Assembly (NCBI GenBank): GCA_039937075.1 | Contig: JBDTHD010000277.1 | Location: forward strand, 1 to 32,962 | DNA from: Ginsengibacter sp. | GTDB taxonomy: Bacteria; Bacteroidota; Bacteroidia; Chitinophagales; Chitinophagaceae | Direction: 5' to 3' | DNA length: 32,962 bases | Part shown: positions 1 to 8,741 of the stretch, in pieces | How positions within the stretch are numbered: the stretch's first letter is position 1 | Layout: each line of letters opens with the position of its first letter | Program-made: the position numbers and the translations under genes | Notes under the pieces: model-generated | What the model saw: only the letters and a program-made list of their open reading frames with translations | Databases searched by the model: none | What the model was told of the DNA's origin: nothing

Positions 1-506
1 CTTCCTAAAAAATAAGTCCGGTTTCCATTTGGGATGTAGCCAAGGAGATCTATAAGATAACAAAAGTTGTCGATCATATTTTGAATAAGATCCACGCGTT
101 TTGATATTTGCAAACCCAACATGGTGAAAAAACTATCCCAATAATAGATTTCCCTAAACCTTCCACCGGGAACAATATATGGATTAGGAAGAGGCACCAG
201 GGAATTATGGGATTCCTCCGGCTGACGCGTAAGCACATCCCATAGAATTTTTAAATGTTCAATAATAGGCCTTCCTTTTTCACTCACAAAGCCTGTATTG
301 AAACTTTTAGGTAAAGTAAAATGTTGATGAACAAAAACCGTCAAATCAAACCCGGGATTATTTTTTTCCGCTTCATAACGGTCATGTATATCCGAAAGAT
401 CAGAATTGGGCGTACAATCAACAAAGGTTTTATTATCAGGAAATACTTCTTCTTCCTGCACTCTTTCAAACAATTCTCCTAAAGAAAAAATATATTTTAT
501 TTCCAT
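1..506 (-). CDS. treF: Alpha,alpha-trehalase (GH37), N-terminal part; runs off the window edge
   Basis: Not in the ORF track. Manual translation from ATG at 506 gives MEIKYIFSLGELFERVQEEEVFPDNKTFVDCTP...PNPYIVPGGRFREIYYWDSFFTMLGL. The DxKTFVD and PGGRFxExYYWD motifs are typical of GH37 trehalases. No signal peptide. Confidence 0.92.
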   Translation of the reverse strand, partial: MEIKYIFSLGELFERVQEEEVFPDNKTFVDCTPNSDLSDIHDRYEAEKNNPGFDLTVFVHQHFTLPKSFNTGFVSEKGRPIIEHLKILWDVLTRQPEESHNSLVPLPNPYIVPGGRFREIYYWDSFFTMLGLQISKRVDLIQNMIDNFCYLIDLLGYIPNGNRTYFLG

Positions 507-523
507 TTCTTTTTCTTTTAAAG

Positions 524-1786
524 TTAATGAATGACATCAGGATTGATAACCGGGTGCAGAGGTTTTTTTTGTAGCCGTTTGAAAACAAAAAGGCAAATTA
601 TTAAAATTCCAATCGGTACCAACGTAAAATAAAACGCAGTCGTACCGTTGTATTTTTCAAAAATATAACCGGTTATCAGGGAACCCGTTGTTCCACCGAT
701 CGCAGAGAATATGATAATCAATCCCGACATTACGCCATGCTTTGGCTTCGGCAGAGAGCTTAAAATTACTGAGTTGATTGCCGGGTAAACAGGCGCGAGC
801 AGCAAACCAACCAAAGGAAAAATATAGGCGGCCAATGGCGCGTCTAACCAGCCATGTATATGCACGCCTGTTGCGCCTTTGGCCAGGGGCATGGCAATAA
901 TTACCAGCAACGCAGCTAATAATAATGTACCAATTATAACATAAAACCAATTTAGTTTTTTTAATAAAACCCCTGCGAGAAATCTTCCCAATGCCGTAGA
1001 ACCCGCTAAAATACTGCCCATCTGAATGCTAAGAACCGCGGGCAATAAAAGCACCTTATTATTAAAAGTGGGTAAAAAATTTTGGATGCTTTGTTCTATC
1101 AACACATAAAAGAAGGCGGAGAATATAAAAGCGATCACAATTGGCTCACTCATTAATTTAAACATATCAGAAAACCTGGGTGCTGCCGCGGGTTTCCCAT
1201 CTTCTGTTTTGGCTACTGATTCATCCAGCGGCGAAATGAGTAAAAGTAAAAATGCAAGAACCGATAATCCTCCCAACAAATAATAAGCATCCAGCCAAGA
1301 AGTGGATTGAGGATTGGCGTTATCAACGAAAGAGCTGAAAATAAAATACAAAGAAAGATTACCGACCATAAAAAAAGATTCGATAAAGTTCATCATGCTG
1401 ATGTGCTCTTTGGAATCTTTGGTAACAATGCCGATAGTGCTATATACGCTCATTTTAATTAAAGCAAAGCAGGCACCAACGGCAACAAATAATAATTTGA
1501 TGGCGAAGAATCCCGGCGTAGAAGGAATAATAAAACAAACCACACATATTACACCCAGGGCAACCAACATCGCTTTTTTGTAGCCAAATTTTGCGATATA
1601 TGACGCGACCAAAAATGATACAATCGCGATACTCAAATCTTTACAAGGATCAATCCAGGCAGCAGCATTTTTCGTAACGCCAAAATTATTTTGCACCTGT
1701 AAAATGGCTATCCCGGAACTATTAAGCAGAATGGCAAAAACAAAATAATTGATAAAAAGGGAAAGTTTGATTTTCCAGTTATGCAT
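524..1786 (-). CDS. MFS sugar transporter (FucP/GluP-like)
   Basis: 420 aa with about 12 hydrophobic segments and MFS-like loops (KFGYKK, GRFLAG). Co-oriented and 17 bp upstream of the trehalase gene. Confidence 0.85.
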   Translation of the reverse strand: MHNWKIKLSLFINYFVFAILLNSSGIAILQVQNNFGVTKNAAAWIDPCKDLSIAIVSFLVASYIAKFGYKKAMLVALGVICVVCFIIPSTPGFFAIKLLFVAVGACFALIKMSVYSTIGIVTKDSKEHISMMNFIESFFMVGNLSLYFIFSSFVDNANPQSTSWLDAYYLLGGLSVLAFLLLLISPLDESVAKTEDGKPAAAPRFSDMFKLMSEPIVIAFIFSAFFYVLIEQSIQNFLPTFNNKVLLLPAVLSIQMGSILAGSTALGRFLAGVLLKKLNWFYVIIGTLLLAALLVIIAMPLAKGATGVHIHGWLDAPLAAYIFPLVGLLLAPVYPAINSVILSSLPKPKHGVMSGLIIIFSAIGGTTGSLITGYIFEKYNGTTAFYFTLVPIGILIICLFVFKRLQKKPLHPVINPDVIH

Positions 1787-2059
1787 ACAAAAATTTTATC
1801 ATCGAATATACTATTTAAATTCAGGTATCACAGCGATTGATATAGATACAGTTTTTGGCGCTAACAGTAAACGGACAAAAAAGGAAGATTTTTGTTTGGA
1901 AGGATGGGAAAATAAATAACTTCATAATTGATCTCAAAACCGAATTAAATCAATACTAATCTTTCATTTGAATGATTGATGATTATTCAAATAATTTCCA
2001 GGACAAGGTATTTCCATTTAAACTATTAACTTTAAAATCAAATTTTTAAATTCAAAATT

Positions 2060-3184
2060 ATGAAACCTGTTACGAGTTGTTGTTGTACAAATATTCCCGC
2101 TAAGGCTAACAAACTTCTGATGACAATTGTTTTCCTTTTTTGCTTTTTACTAAATAGCAATGCACAGCAAAAACTGCGCGTGGTGGTGGCTGGTTTAAAC
2201 CACGACCATGTCTATAATATTTTACATGCTTATAAAGAGGGTAAAGTTTTAATTGTTGGTATTGCCGAACCCAATAAAGCACTATGGAAAAAGGTTAGCA
2301 CCGAATATAAGCTACCGGATTCTTTGTTTTCAACCAATCTTAAAACCCTCGTGCTGGCAAAAAAACCTGATGCAGTTTTAGGCTATAACGAAGTATCGGG
2401 CCATGTGGATATTGTAAAAGTGTGTGCACCTTTACACATCCCTGTTATGGTTGAAAAGCCCCTCGCTGCAACGCTTCAGCAAGCGCAGGAAATAGAAGCT
2501 CTTTCTAAAAAGTATAATGATATGATTTTGGTGAACTACGAAACAACATGGTATCCTTCAATTGCAGATGTATATGACACGGTTGAAAGCGACAAATTTG
2601 GAAAAATAAAAAAGATGGTTTTTCATGATGGCCACCAGGGGCCAAAAGAGATCGGCTGCAGCCCGCAATTTTTAGCGTGGCTAACCGATCCTGTAAAAAA
2701 TGGAGCCGGCGCTTTAAATGATTTTGGATGTTATGGCGCGGATATTATGACATGGATGATGCACGGCCAAAAACCAATTGCAGTTACCGCTATCACAAGG
2801 CATTATAAAACCATCGAATACCCAAAGGTGGACGATGATGCAACGATCCTGGTTGAATATCCGGGCGCCACCGGAATAATTGAAGCCTCATGGAACTGGC
2901 CTTTCTCAATTAAAGACATGGAAGTATTTTGCGAAACCGGTTACCTGCATGCATTGGATAATGTAAACATTACTAGCCGCAAACGCGAAAATATAGTGAG
3001 CTCAAAAAAAGCCGCTCCATTACCCGCACCAAATAATGATCCGCTGGTATATCTTGCCGCGGTGCTTCATCATCAACTTTCCGGCACCAACGATCTTTCG
3101 TCATTAAATTATAACATGATTGTGATGCAGATATTAGATGCGGCCAAACGGTCTGCTGCTTTGGGTAAGAGAATTGAATTATAA
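2060..3184 (+). CDS. Gfo/Idh/MocA family oxidoreductase, probably exported
   Basis: N-terminal Rossmann-like VVVAGLNHDH, EKP motif (VMVEKPLA), GAGALNDFGCYG, and a hydrophobic signal-like segment ending in SNA-QQ. Confidence 0.88.
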   Translation: MKPVTSCCCTNIPAKANKLLMTIVFLFCFLLNSNAQQKLRVVVAGLNHDHVYNILHAYKEGKVLIVGIAEPNKALWKKVSTEYKLPDSLFSTNLKTLVLAKKPDAVLGYNEVSGHVDIVKVCAPLHIPVMVEKPLAATLQQAQEIEALSKKYNDMILVNYETTWYPSIADVYDTVESDKFGKIKKMVFHDGHQGPKEIGCSPQFLAWLTDPVKNGAGALNDFGCYGADIMTWMMHGQKPIAVTAITRHYKTIEYPKVDDDATILVEYPGATGIIEASWNWPFSIKDMEVFCETGYLHALDNVNITSRKRENIVSSKKAAPLPAPNNDPLVYLAAVLHHQLSGTNDLSSLNYNMIVMQILDAAKRSAALGKRIEL

Positions 3185-3232
3185 TTTCAATCTTTCGCAA
3201 CATCTCTTGAATACCAATAAAAGCTCGCGCCG

Positions 3233-3256
3233 GTAAGAAAAATTTTAATTTCTTAC
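3233..3256. terminator. Possible bidirectional terminator hairpin between convergent genes
   Basis: GTAAGAAA-N8-TTTCTTAC inverted repeat. AT-rich, so the stem is weak. Confidence 0.35.
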
Positions 3257-3261
3257 AATAC

Positions 3262-4314
3262 CTAATTCTCTTCCTTAAAATAAACCTTGTAATAATTCAT
3301 TCTCATTTTCTCATCATATCCTTTTTCAATCAATTCTTTATCCCCATGTATATAAATATGAAAATTCTTATCAAGCTTCAAAACACTTTTAAAAGCACGG
3401 GCTTGTTTCTTTACCGCGCTGCCGGATATCAAAAATGAATCATCAATTGCTGTGTCATATTCTTCTTCATAACTCTTTTTAAAATTTTTAAACGATTCGA
3501 TTCCTTGTTCATTCCCAAATACTTCATTTGAAAATTCATTAAAATCGAAATGCTCTTTTTCTTTAAAATAATTAATCGATTTGTTTAATAAATCTATTTT
3601 ATCGGTTTTTGAAATTTCAAATTCTTCGTCTATTTTATGAGTGACAAAATCTTTGTAAACTTTCAAGACCGTGTTCGTTTGGTTATAATTGTCGTTCCTG
3701 ATTTTTAGCTTTAAAAAATCATCAATCCAATAGGCAGCCTCAGTATTGTTTGTCTGATCAACAATTGCCACTTTATAGCCTTCTTCCTTTTCGGTATTAA
3801 AAATTAAACAACCTTTATCTAACTTTTTAATATTTATGGCCTCTTGCTCATAACTAATTTCAAACTCATTTACTTTTGAAATTATTTTCAAATAAGGCTC
3901 CTTTGATTCGGATTTAAAAATTCCTATCGCGTCCAACATTTCACCTTCCATTTGTACATTCTCAAAATAACAAACATATAATTCACCAGATTTTATTTTA
4001 GGATGATTGGAAATATCATACAAATGTTTTGCTATCTGCCGCGTGTTTGTATGAAACTCATTTTTATCGTTAAAAATAATTTCAGCAAAATGAAAAACTT
4101 CATTCAGGTTTAAATCTTCCGTAGAATGAGATAGACGATAAATTTCATTTGTTTTCTCAAATGGTTTCAAAAAATAGTTCATCAATAAACCATCTAAAAT
4201 TTCATCCTCTATATTCAATGGATGTTCCGATAAGTTTAAATTTTCATCTAATAATTTATTTCCAACTTTATGAATGGAAAGCCGGGAAAGAGATGCTTCA
4301 AAATATGAAATCAT
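3262..4314 (-). CDS. Nucleoid-associated protein (NdpA/YejK, NA37 family)
   Basis: 350 aa, acidic. IHKVGNK, HPKIKSGELYV, GIFKSE, KLDKGCLIFN, YWIDDFL and C-terminal LKLDKNFHIYIHG match the Bacteroidota form of this family as I recall it. Confidence 0.8.
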   Translation of the reverse strand: MISYFEASLSRLSIHKVGNKLLDENLNLSEHPLNIEDEILDGLLMNYFLKPFEKTNEIYRLSHSTEDLNLNEVFHFAEIIFNDKNEFHTNTRQIAKHLYDISNHPKIKSGELYVCYFENVQMEGEMLDAIGIFKSESKEPYLKIISKVNEFEISYEQEAINIKKLDKGCLIFNTEKEEGYKVAIVDQTNNTEAAYWIDDFLKLKIRNDNYNQTNTVLKVYKDFVTHKIDEEFEISKTDKIDLLNKSINYFKEKEHFDFNEFSNEVFGNEQGIESFKNFKKSYEEEYDTAIDDSFLISGSAVKKQARAFKSVLKLDKNFHIYIHGDKELIEKGYDEKMRMNYYKVYFKEEN

Positions 4315-4575
4315 AAGTAAAAAATTGAAAGATATCTTTTTTTAAAATTACCAGCAAACAAATAAATATCGTAGATTTTTATTTTGATAACATCATCCTG
4401 CAAATTTTAAAATCCTGTGCGTCCGGATTTATACAAAAAGTATTTCACGAAAAAACAGCCATTTATTTCTTGCCATTAAACAAGGAATAATGAATGCAAA
4501 AATATAAATAACAAAGACTATGAGGTTTTACACGGTCGCAGAAAGATGGCTTAAAATCTCATAGCTTTATTTATT

Positions 4576-5118
4576 TTACGGCGTAGTAGACTGATAACCT
4601 TGTTCAGCCAGCATCTTACCCATCGGCATAAAATCAGCATCTTCTTTTGGTGCCCACGTAGCCATTCCATCTACATAGCGATTGTACATACAAAACGCAG
4701 CAGCGATTAAGACCGTATCATGAATTTCTTTATTCGCTGCGCCTGCTTCTCTTGCCGATGAAATATCCTCTTCGGTTACATTTTTTCCTCCTTTTTGTAC
4801 ATGCTTCGCGATGTTGAGCAAGGCACGCACTTTGGATGATACCTCAATATTAGGAAACCCTTGTTTTATTTCTGTCAAAAAGCTAACCGGCTGCTGCAAA
4901 AGGTTTGCCGCGGAGGCACCATGAGAACTGTGGCAGAAATGACAATCGTTCCAATAAGAAACAGAAGAAGCAATCATTTCCCGTTCGCCTCTCGTTAGTG
5001 AGTTTTCCCGGACTAATAATATTTCTGCTAACTCGCTCATCGGTTTGGCCGTTTCAGGATTGAAATTAAATAATCCCCTGATTCCCGGCATGTCGTTGTT
5101 TAATTGAATGTGCGCCAT
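4576..5118 (-). CDS. AhpD/carboxymuconolactone decarboxylase family peroxidase-related protein
   Basis: LTRGEREMIASSVSYWNDCHFCHSSH contains the E-x(10)-CxxC-x3-H AhpD core; C-terminal FCMYNRYVDG. Confidence 0.88.
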   Translation of the reverse strand: MAHIQLNNDMPGIRGLFNFNPETAKPMSELAEILLVRENSLTRGEREMIASSVSYWNDCHFCHSSHGASAANLLQQPVSFLTEIKQGFPNIEVSSKVRALLNIAKHVQKGGKNVTEEDISSAREAGAANKEIHDTVLIAAAFCMYNRYVDGMATWAPKEDADFMPMGKMLAEQGYQSTTP

Positions 5119-5230
5119 TTGTTTATGTTTTATTGATTAAAAAATGAATTTTATTCGTGTTGTTATCTGTTATATTTTGTTTCCAAAATGAATTGCAATT
5201 GACTTAAAAAAAATATTGATCTTAGCATTT

Positions 5231-5264
5231 GAAAAAAAGAGCCCCCGATAAGAATAACGGGGCC
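5231..5264 (-). terminator. Rho-independent terminator
   Basis: Minus strand reads GGCCCCG-TTATTCTTAT-CGGGGGC followed by TCTTTTTTT. Confidence 0.7.
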
Positions 5265-5294
5265 GTATTACTTGATATAAGAAAATTTTTAGCA

Positions 5295-5423
5295 TTAGAA
5301 TTTTGTTGAAAAGTTTGCATTTACAATTAAGCATTGCTGTGTTGTATTCGCTTTTTTTATATTTTCTGCGTTAGCATTGATTCCTGATTCTGCTGCACTC
5401 CTTTTATATTTTTCATTGATCAT
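5295..5423 (-). CDS. Candidate 42-aa small ORF
   Basis: MINEKYKRSAAESGINANAENIKKANTTQQCLIVNANFSTKF. ATG lies 12 bp after the haloperoxidase stop with an A-rich leader; the ORF ends before the terminator. Confidence 0.3.
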   Translation of the reverse strand: MINEKYKRSAAESGINANAENIKKANTTQQCLIVNANFSTKF

Positions 5424-5435
5424 TTATTTTTTAAA

Positions 5436-6773
5436 TTATTGTTTTGCGGCCAAATTGTTGATCACTAAATTTCCAATTTTCTTTCCTTGATCATAAGCAG
5501 TAAACACCGAAGCCCTGTAATGAATTCCTCCATAAAATCTGCTGTATGAAACTTCTACAGCAGCCTCATCCGTGCTTTTGAAATGACGGTCGGGCCATCC
5601 CCAATCCCTCTCAGTCGAATCTCTAAAAGCGGTATTTCCTTTAAAAATATTCTCAAGAACAGTGGACGCGGCGGCGGATATAGTAGAGTGAGCGCTGTTA
5701 TACTCAGGGAAAGGCGGCGTTTGTAAATAAGGCATCCATGCCTGGTCGATATAATTGTTGATATAACTTTCCGGCCTTATTACATCGAACTTATATTTTG
5801 TAAACCAACAGCAGATAAATGCATCATAAATACCAATGGCAGCACCGGTATAAGCAGTCACGGTTTTATAAAAGTCGGCGTTGTTATTCTTTGCAATCGT
5901 TCCTACAATTTCCATCCAATGTCCGCAGGGAGTCATCGCCTTCGTTGCAAACATCGCATGTCCCTGCACGTGCATTTTAAAACTGTTACAATCCCAGAAG
6001 TTAGCGATCCATTTTTTAGTAGAATCCAATGTATTGCCGGTGTTCATTACGTCTACAGCCATTTTGTAAAACCGGCTGGCAGTATCGGTGCTGAATGGCG
6101 GCGGCGGCGGTGGCGGAAACATATTTGCAGAATCCATTACCATACACCTTATCGTTGGCCATAAAGGTTCGACCGCAGGAAAATAGGCAGGAGGCGTCGG
6201 CGTCCAATGTCCCGGAAGATTGGTAACGGCAAAACTTGCCCCACGTGTTTGAGCGTAATTATCATGCTTGCTCCACGACATCACAGAATCTGCAACCTCG
6301 TTTCCATAAGCAATGGAACCATTAAATAAATCTTCAGGCATTCCATGGTCTTTGGCCAAAGATTTCACTGAATCTAAAAGCATCTTCATGGTGTCGCCGG
6401 AAAACGTGAGATTATCTCCCACTTTTATCAACGCGATCAAAGATGCAAATGGAAAATCAATTTTTGCATTCGCGGCAGGGTGCGGAATATTATTTAAATC
6501 TTTTACTTTTCCTTCAAAGGAATTAAGCCGGCCATTATCTTTAGCCAACACTTCATAAGCCGCCAGGTTTGAATAAGCGAAAACCCTTGCTGCGACTGGC
6601 GGCGTAAAAATATCATAAATGACTACATAATTGAGCTTATGCATTACATCATTATACAGCAAAGGATTGTGTATGACTTTTACGTAATCATTTTGCTTTT
6701 GTTTGCAGGAAGAAAAAGCAACGACAATGAAGAAAATAAAAAAACGTACATAATAAATCGAGTTTTTTTTCAT
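5436..6773 (-). CDS. Vanadium-dependent haloperoxidase / PAP2 superfamily lipoprotein
   Basis: Motifs KYKFDVIRP, PPFPEYNSAHS and SRFYGGIHY (PAP2 K..RP / SGH / SR..G.H). Lipobox AFSS-C. The ATG at 6773 (MKKNS) is preferred over the TTG at 6806. Confidence 0.85.
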   Translation of the reverse strand: MKKNSIYYVRFFIFFIVVAFSSCKQKQNDYVKVIHNPLLYNDVMHKLNYVVIYDIFTPPVAARVFAYSNLAAYEVLAKDNGRLNSFEGKVKDLNNIPHPAANAKIDFPFASLIALIKVGDNLTFSGDTMKMLLDSVKSLAKDHGMPEDLFNGSIAYGNEVADSVMSWSKHDNYAQTRGASFAVTNLPGHWTPTPPAYFPAVEPLWPTIRCMVMDSANMFPPPPPPPFSTDTASRFYKMAVDVMNTGNTLDSTKKWIANFWDCNSFKMHVQGHAMFATKAMTPCGHWMEIVGTIAKNNNADFYKTVTAYTGAAIGIYDAFICCWFTKYKFDVIRPESYINNYIDQAWMPYLQTPPFPEYNSAHSTISAAASTVLENIFKGNTAFRDSTERDWGWPDRHFKSTDEAAVEVSYSRFYGGIHYRASVFTAYDQGKKIGNLVINNLAAKQ

Positions 6774-6887
6774 AATGTGTTTTTTGGAAACGAAAGAAAG
6801 TTTCAAATTTTATTTGGTCAAAAACAGGGTGCCATTAAATGCCGACCAGCGCATTCGGGTTTCGATATTTCCAGATTTTTTTTGCAG

Positions 6888-6919
6888 AATAAGAATTCAA
6901 TAAATAAGTTGGTTTACTG
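6888..6919 (-). repeat. Dispersed AGTAAAC motif copy (direct-repeat partner of 7856-7887)
   Basis: Plus strand AATAAGAAT-TCAAT-AAATAAGTTGGTTTACTG. Confidence 0.8.
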
Positions 6920-7182
6920 GCGCGGAAGGAAAATTGCCTTTTTAAAAGAATTCAACTTTAGTTTGATTGCCGAATAAATATTATAGCGAAAAGAGTTTTA
7001 AATCTCAATGATTTCGCCTCTTCAATAATTTTTTATCTGCAGTTTTATGCAAGAATGTTTGATGAAATATTATCAATCCAACATCACTTGTGAAATAAAG
7101 CAAAACAAAACAGAATTAAAGAAAATTCTCTTTAAACAACAATGAAAACAAAAGCTGAAGGCCTTTTTATTTAAACCGCATT

Positions 7183-7740
7183 TTATGCACAATAGTCCGG
7201 CGGTTGCTCGGGAGAAAGTTGAATCGCAGATTGCAAATCTTCAGCTTCTAAAGGAAGCCATTGTTGGTTTGCAATTATTGGAGAAGTTATTTGAGCTCCA
7301 AAACAAGAGCCATCAAATACAGTAAGATATTTGAAAACAGAATTAGAATTGTCTGCTTTTTTAGGATTTTTGTTCTGAGTTAGATCATTACTTATTTTAA
7401 AGAAATCATTCTTAGCATTTTGAAGCGCCATTTCCTTTTTGTTAGGAATACATTTTAAATAAAGCGTGTCGTTGGAAAGTTTCCTTTTTACATACTTATA
7501 TTTTACGCCGTTCATTTCGATTTCGCCATCATAACGCTCGTAAGAAGACCAGCTATTTTGATAAGCAACATTAACGGGAATTTTTAATTCAATTAAATCA
7601 GATTCTTTATAAGAATTATTATCAAGCGCCACCTCTAGTTGTTTGTTAGCATGCTTCTGCATAAAATCGTACATCAACCGGTAGCCAAACCAGTTAAATG
7701 CAAATAAAAGCAGGAAAAATAAAGCAGCTATTTTTTTCAA
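7183..7740 (-). CDS. Conserved Bacteroidota hypothetical protein with N-terminal TM/signal and C-terminal PP motif
   Basis: MKKIAALFFLLLFAFNWFGY, GEIEMNGVKYKYVKR, DTLYLKC and C-terminal SPEQPPDYCA. TTG start. Confidence 0.75.
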   Translation of the reverse strand: MKKIAALFFLLLFAFNWFGYRLMYDFMQKHANKQLEVALDNNSYKESDLIELKIPVNVAYQNSWSSYERYDGEIEMNGVKYKYVKRKLSNDTLYLKCIPNKKEMALQNAKNDFFKISNDLTQNKNPKKADNSNSVFKYLTVFDGSCFGAQITSPIIANQQWLPLEAEDLQSAIQLSPEQPPDYCA

Positions 7741-7855
7741 AGCAATAAATGAATAATTAAATAATGCGAATTAATTATTTTTTGATAGAAGTAAAAATAG
7801 GAAACTTTCTTTTAAAATAGCTTTTTGAATAATAATATTTGTAATACTCATTTAA

Positions 7856-7887
7856 AATAAGAATGTAGCAAATAAGTTGGTTTACTG
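7856..7887 (-). repeat. Dispersed AGTAAAC motif copy (direct-repeat partner of 6888-6919)
   Basis: Plus strand AATAAGAAT-GTAGC-AAATAAGTTGGTTTACTG. Confidence 0.8.
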
Positions 7888-8000
7888 TGATCCTAAAAAA
7901 TAGAATCATTACTCAGACAAAATGCGTTTAAATGCATTTTTTTAATCACTCCATTTGATTGTCTAATTAATATTTTGATGTACTATAGAAATCATTTCCC

Positions 8001-8075
8001 ATGTTCCATAGGAACATTTTTTGGGTAGAAAATAGTTTGCAATGTTGCGGTCGTTCGGTACGAACGTTTCGTGCT
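8001..8075 (+). repeat. REP-like double-hairpin unit at the 3' end of tnpA
   Basis: ATGTTCC-ATA-GGAACAT (8001-8017), GGTAG at 8024-8028, and CGTTCG-GTA-CGAACG (8052-8066). Confidence 0.8.
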
Positions 8076-8535
8076 AAATGGGCTCCTTAAAAATGTATTG
8101 CTCATCATATTCTACCTCAAATAGCTTTAGCATTCTTATGTATTCATTTAAAAATGTTTGCTTCTGATGATGTATTTCCTGGTTTTGAATATAGCGTATT
8201 ACATCAGGCACATGACTTTTGGAATAAGAAAATGCTCCATACCCCTCCTGCCATCCAAACGAGCCATTGCAAAATCCCTGAGCTTTGATCCACTTACTAC
8301 TTTCTGTTTTTACATTTTGCACCAAAGTAGAAATTGATTGATGAGGCCGCATTCCAATAAAAATATGGATGTGATCGGGCATGCTATTTATTTGTAACAT
8401 CTTGTGGTTATTCTTCTGAAAAATACCGGTCATATATTTATGTAAGTCTTCCTTCCATTCATTTTGTATAAGTGCTGCACGATATTTTACCGCAAAAACA
8501 AACTGTATGTGCAATTGCGTATAAGTATTTGGCAT
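8074..8535 (-). mobile_element. tnpA: IS200/IS605-family Y1 HUH transposase (RAYT/TnpA-REP-like)
   Basis: Begins MPNTYTQLHIQFVFAVKYR. HUH motif MPDHIHIF, FGWQEGYGAFS, and catalytic Tyr in YIQNQ. ATG at 8535 gives 153 aa. No tnpB. Confidence 0.92.
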
Positions 8536-8578
8536 AAAGAATTTTTTGTCAATTAATTTTTTTGTGAAATAAGACAAA

Positions 8579-8655
8579 AGCACAAAACGTTCCTATGGAA
8601 CGAACTTCCAATATTTATAAACCAATTCCTACCTACAAAATGTTCCTACGGAACA
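8579..8655 (-). repeat. REP-like double-hairpin unit at the 5' end of tnpA, inverted relative to 8001-8075
   Basis: CGTTCC-TAT-GGAACG (8588-8602), CTACCTAC (GTAG on the minus strand, 8629-8636), and TGTTCC-TAC-GGAACA (8641-8655). Confidence 0.8.
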
Positions 8656-8741
8656 GAAAAACTATCAAAATCTTCCTACCGAAATAAACTTATCAAAATA
8701 TCAATTAGCCTATTTAGCTAAAGCCTCAAAATCAACTCATC

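Noticed and set aside
5222-5379. Recurring TTAGCATT-like octamers
   Set aside because: Irregular spacing in AT-rich DNA; too weak to call.
6825-6885. GC-richer patch with AATGC-N8-GCATT hairpin upstream of the haloperoxidase gene (riboswitch?)
   Set aside because: Short stem only; I cannot match it to any known riboswitch consensus.
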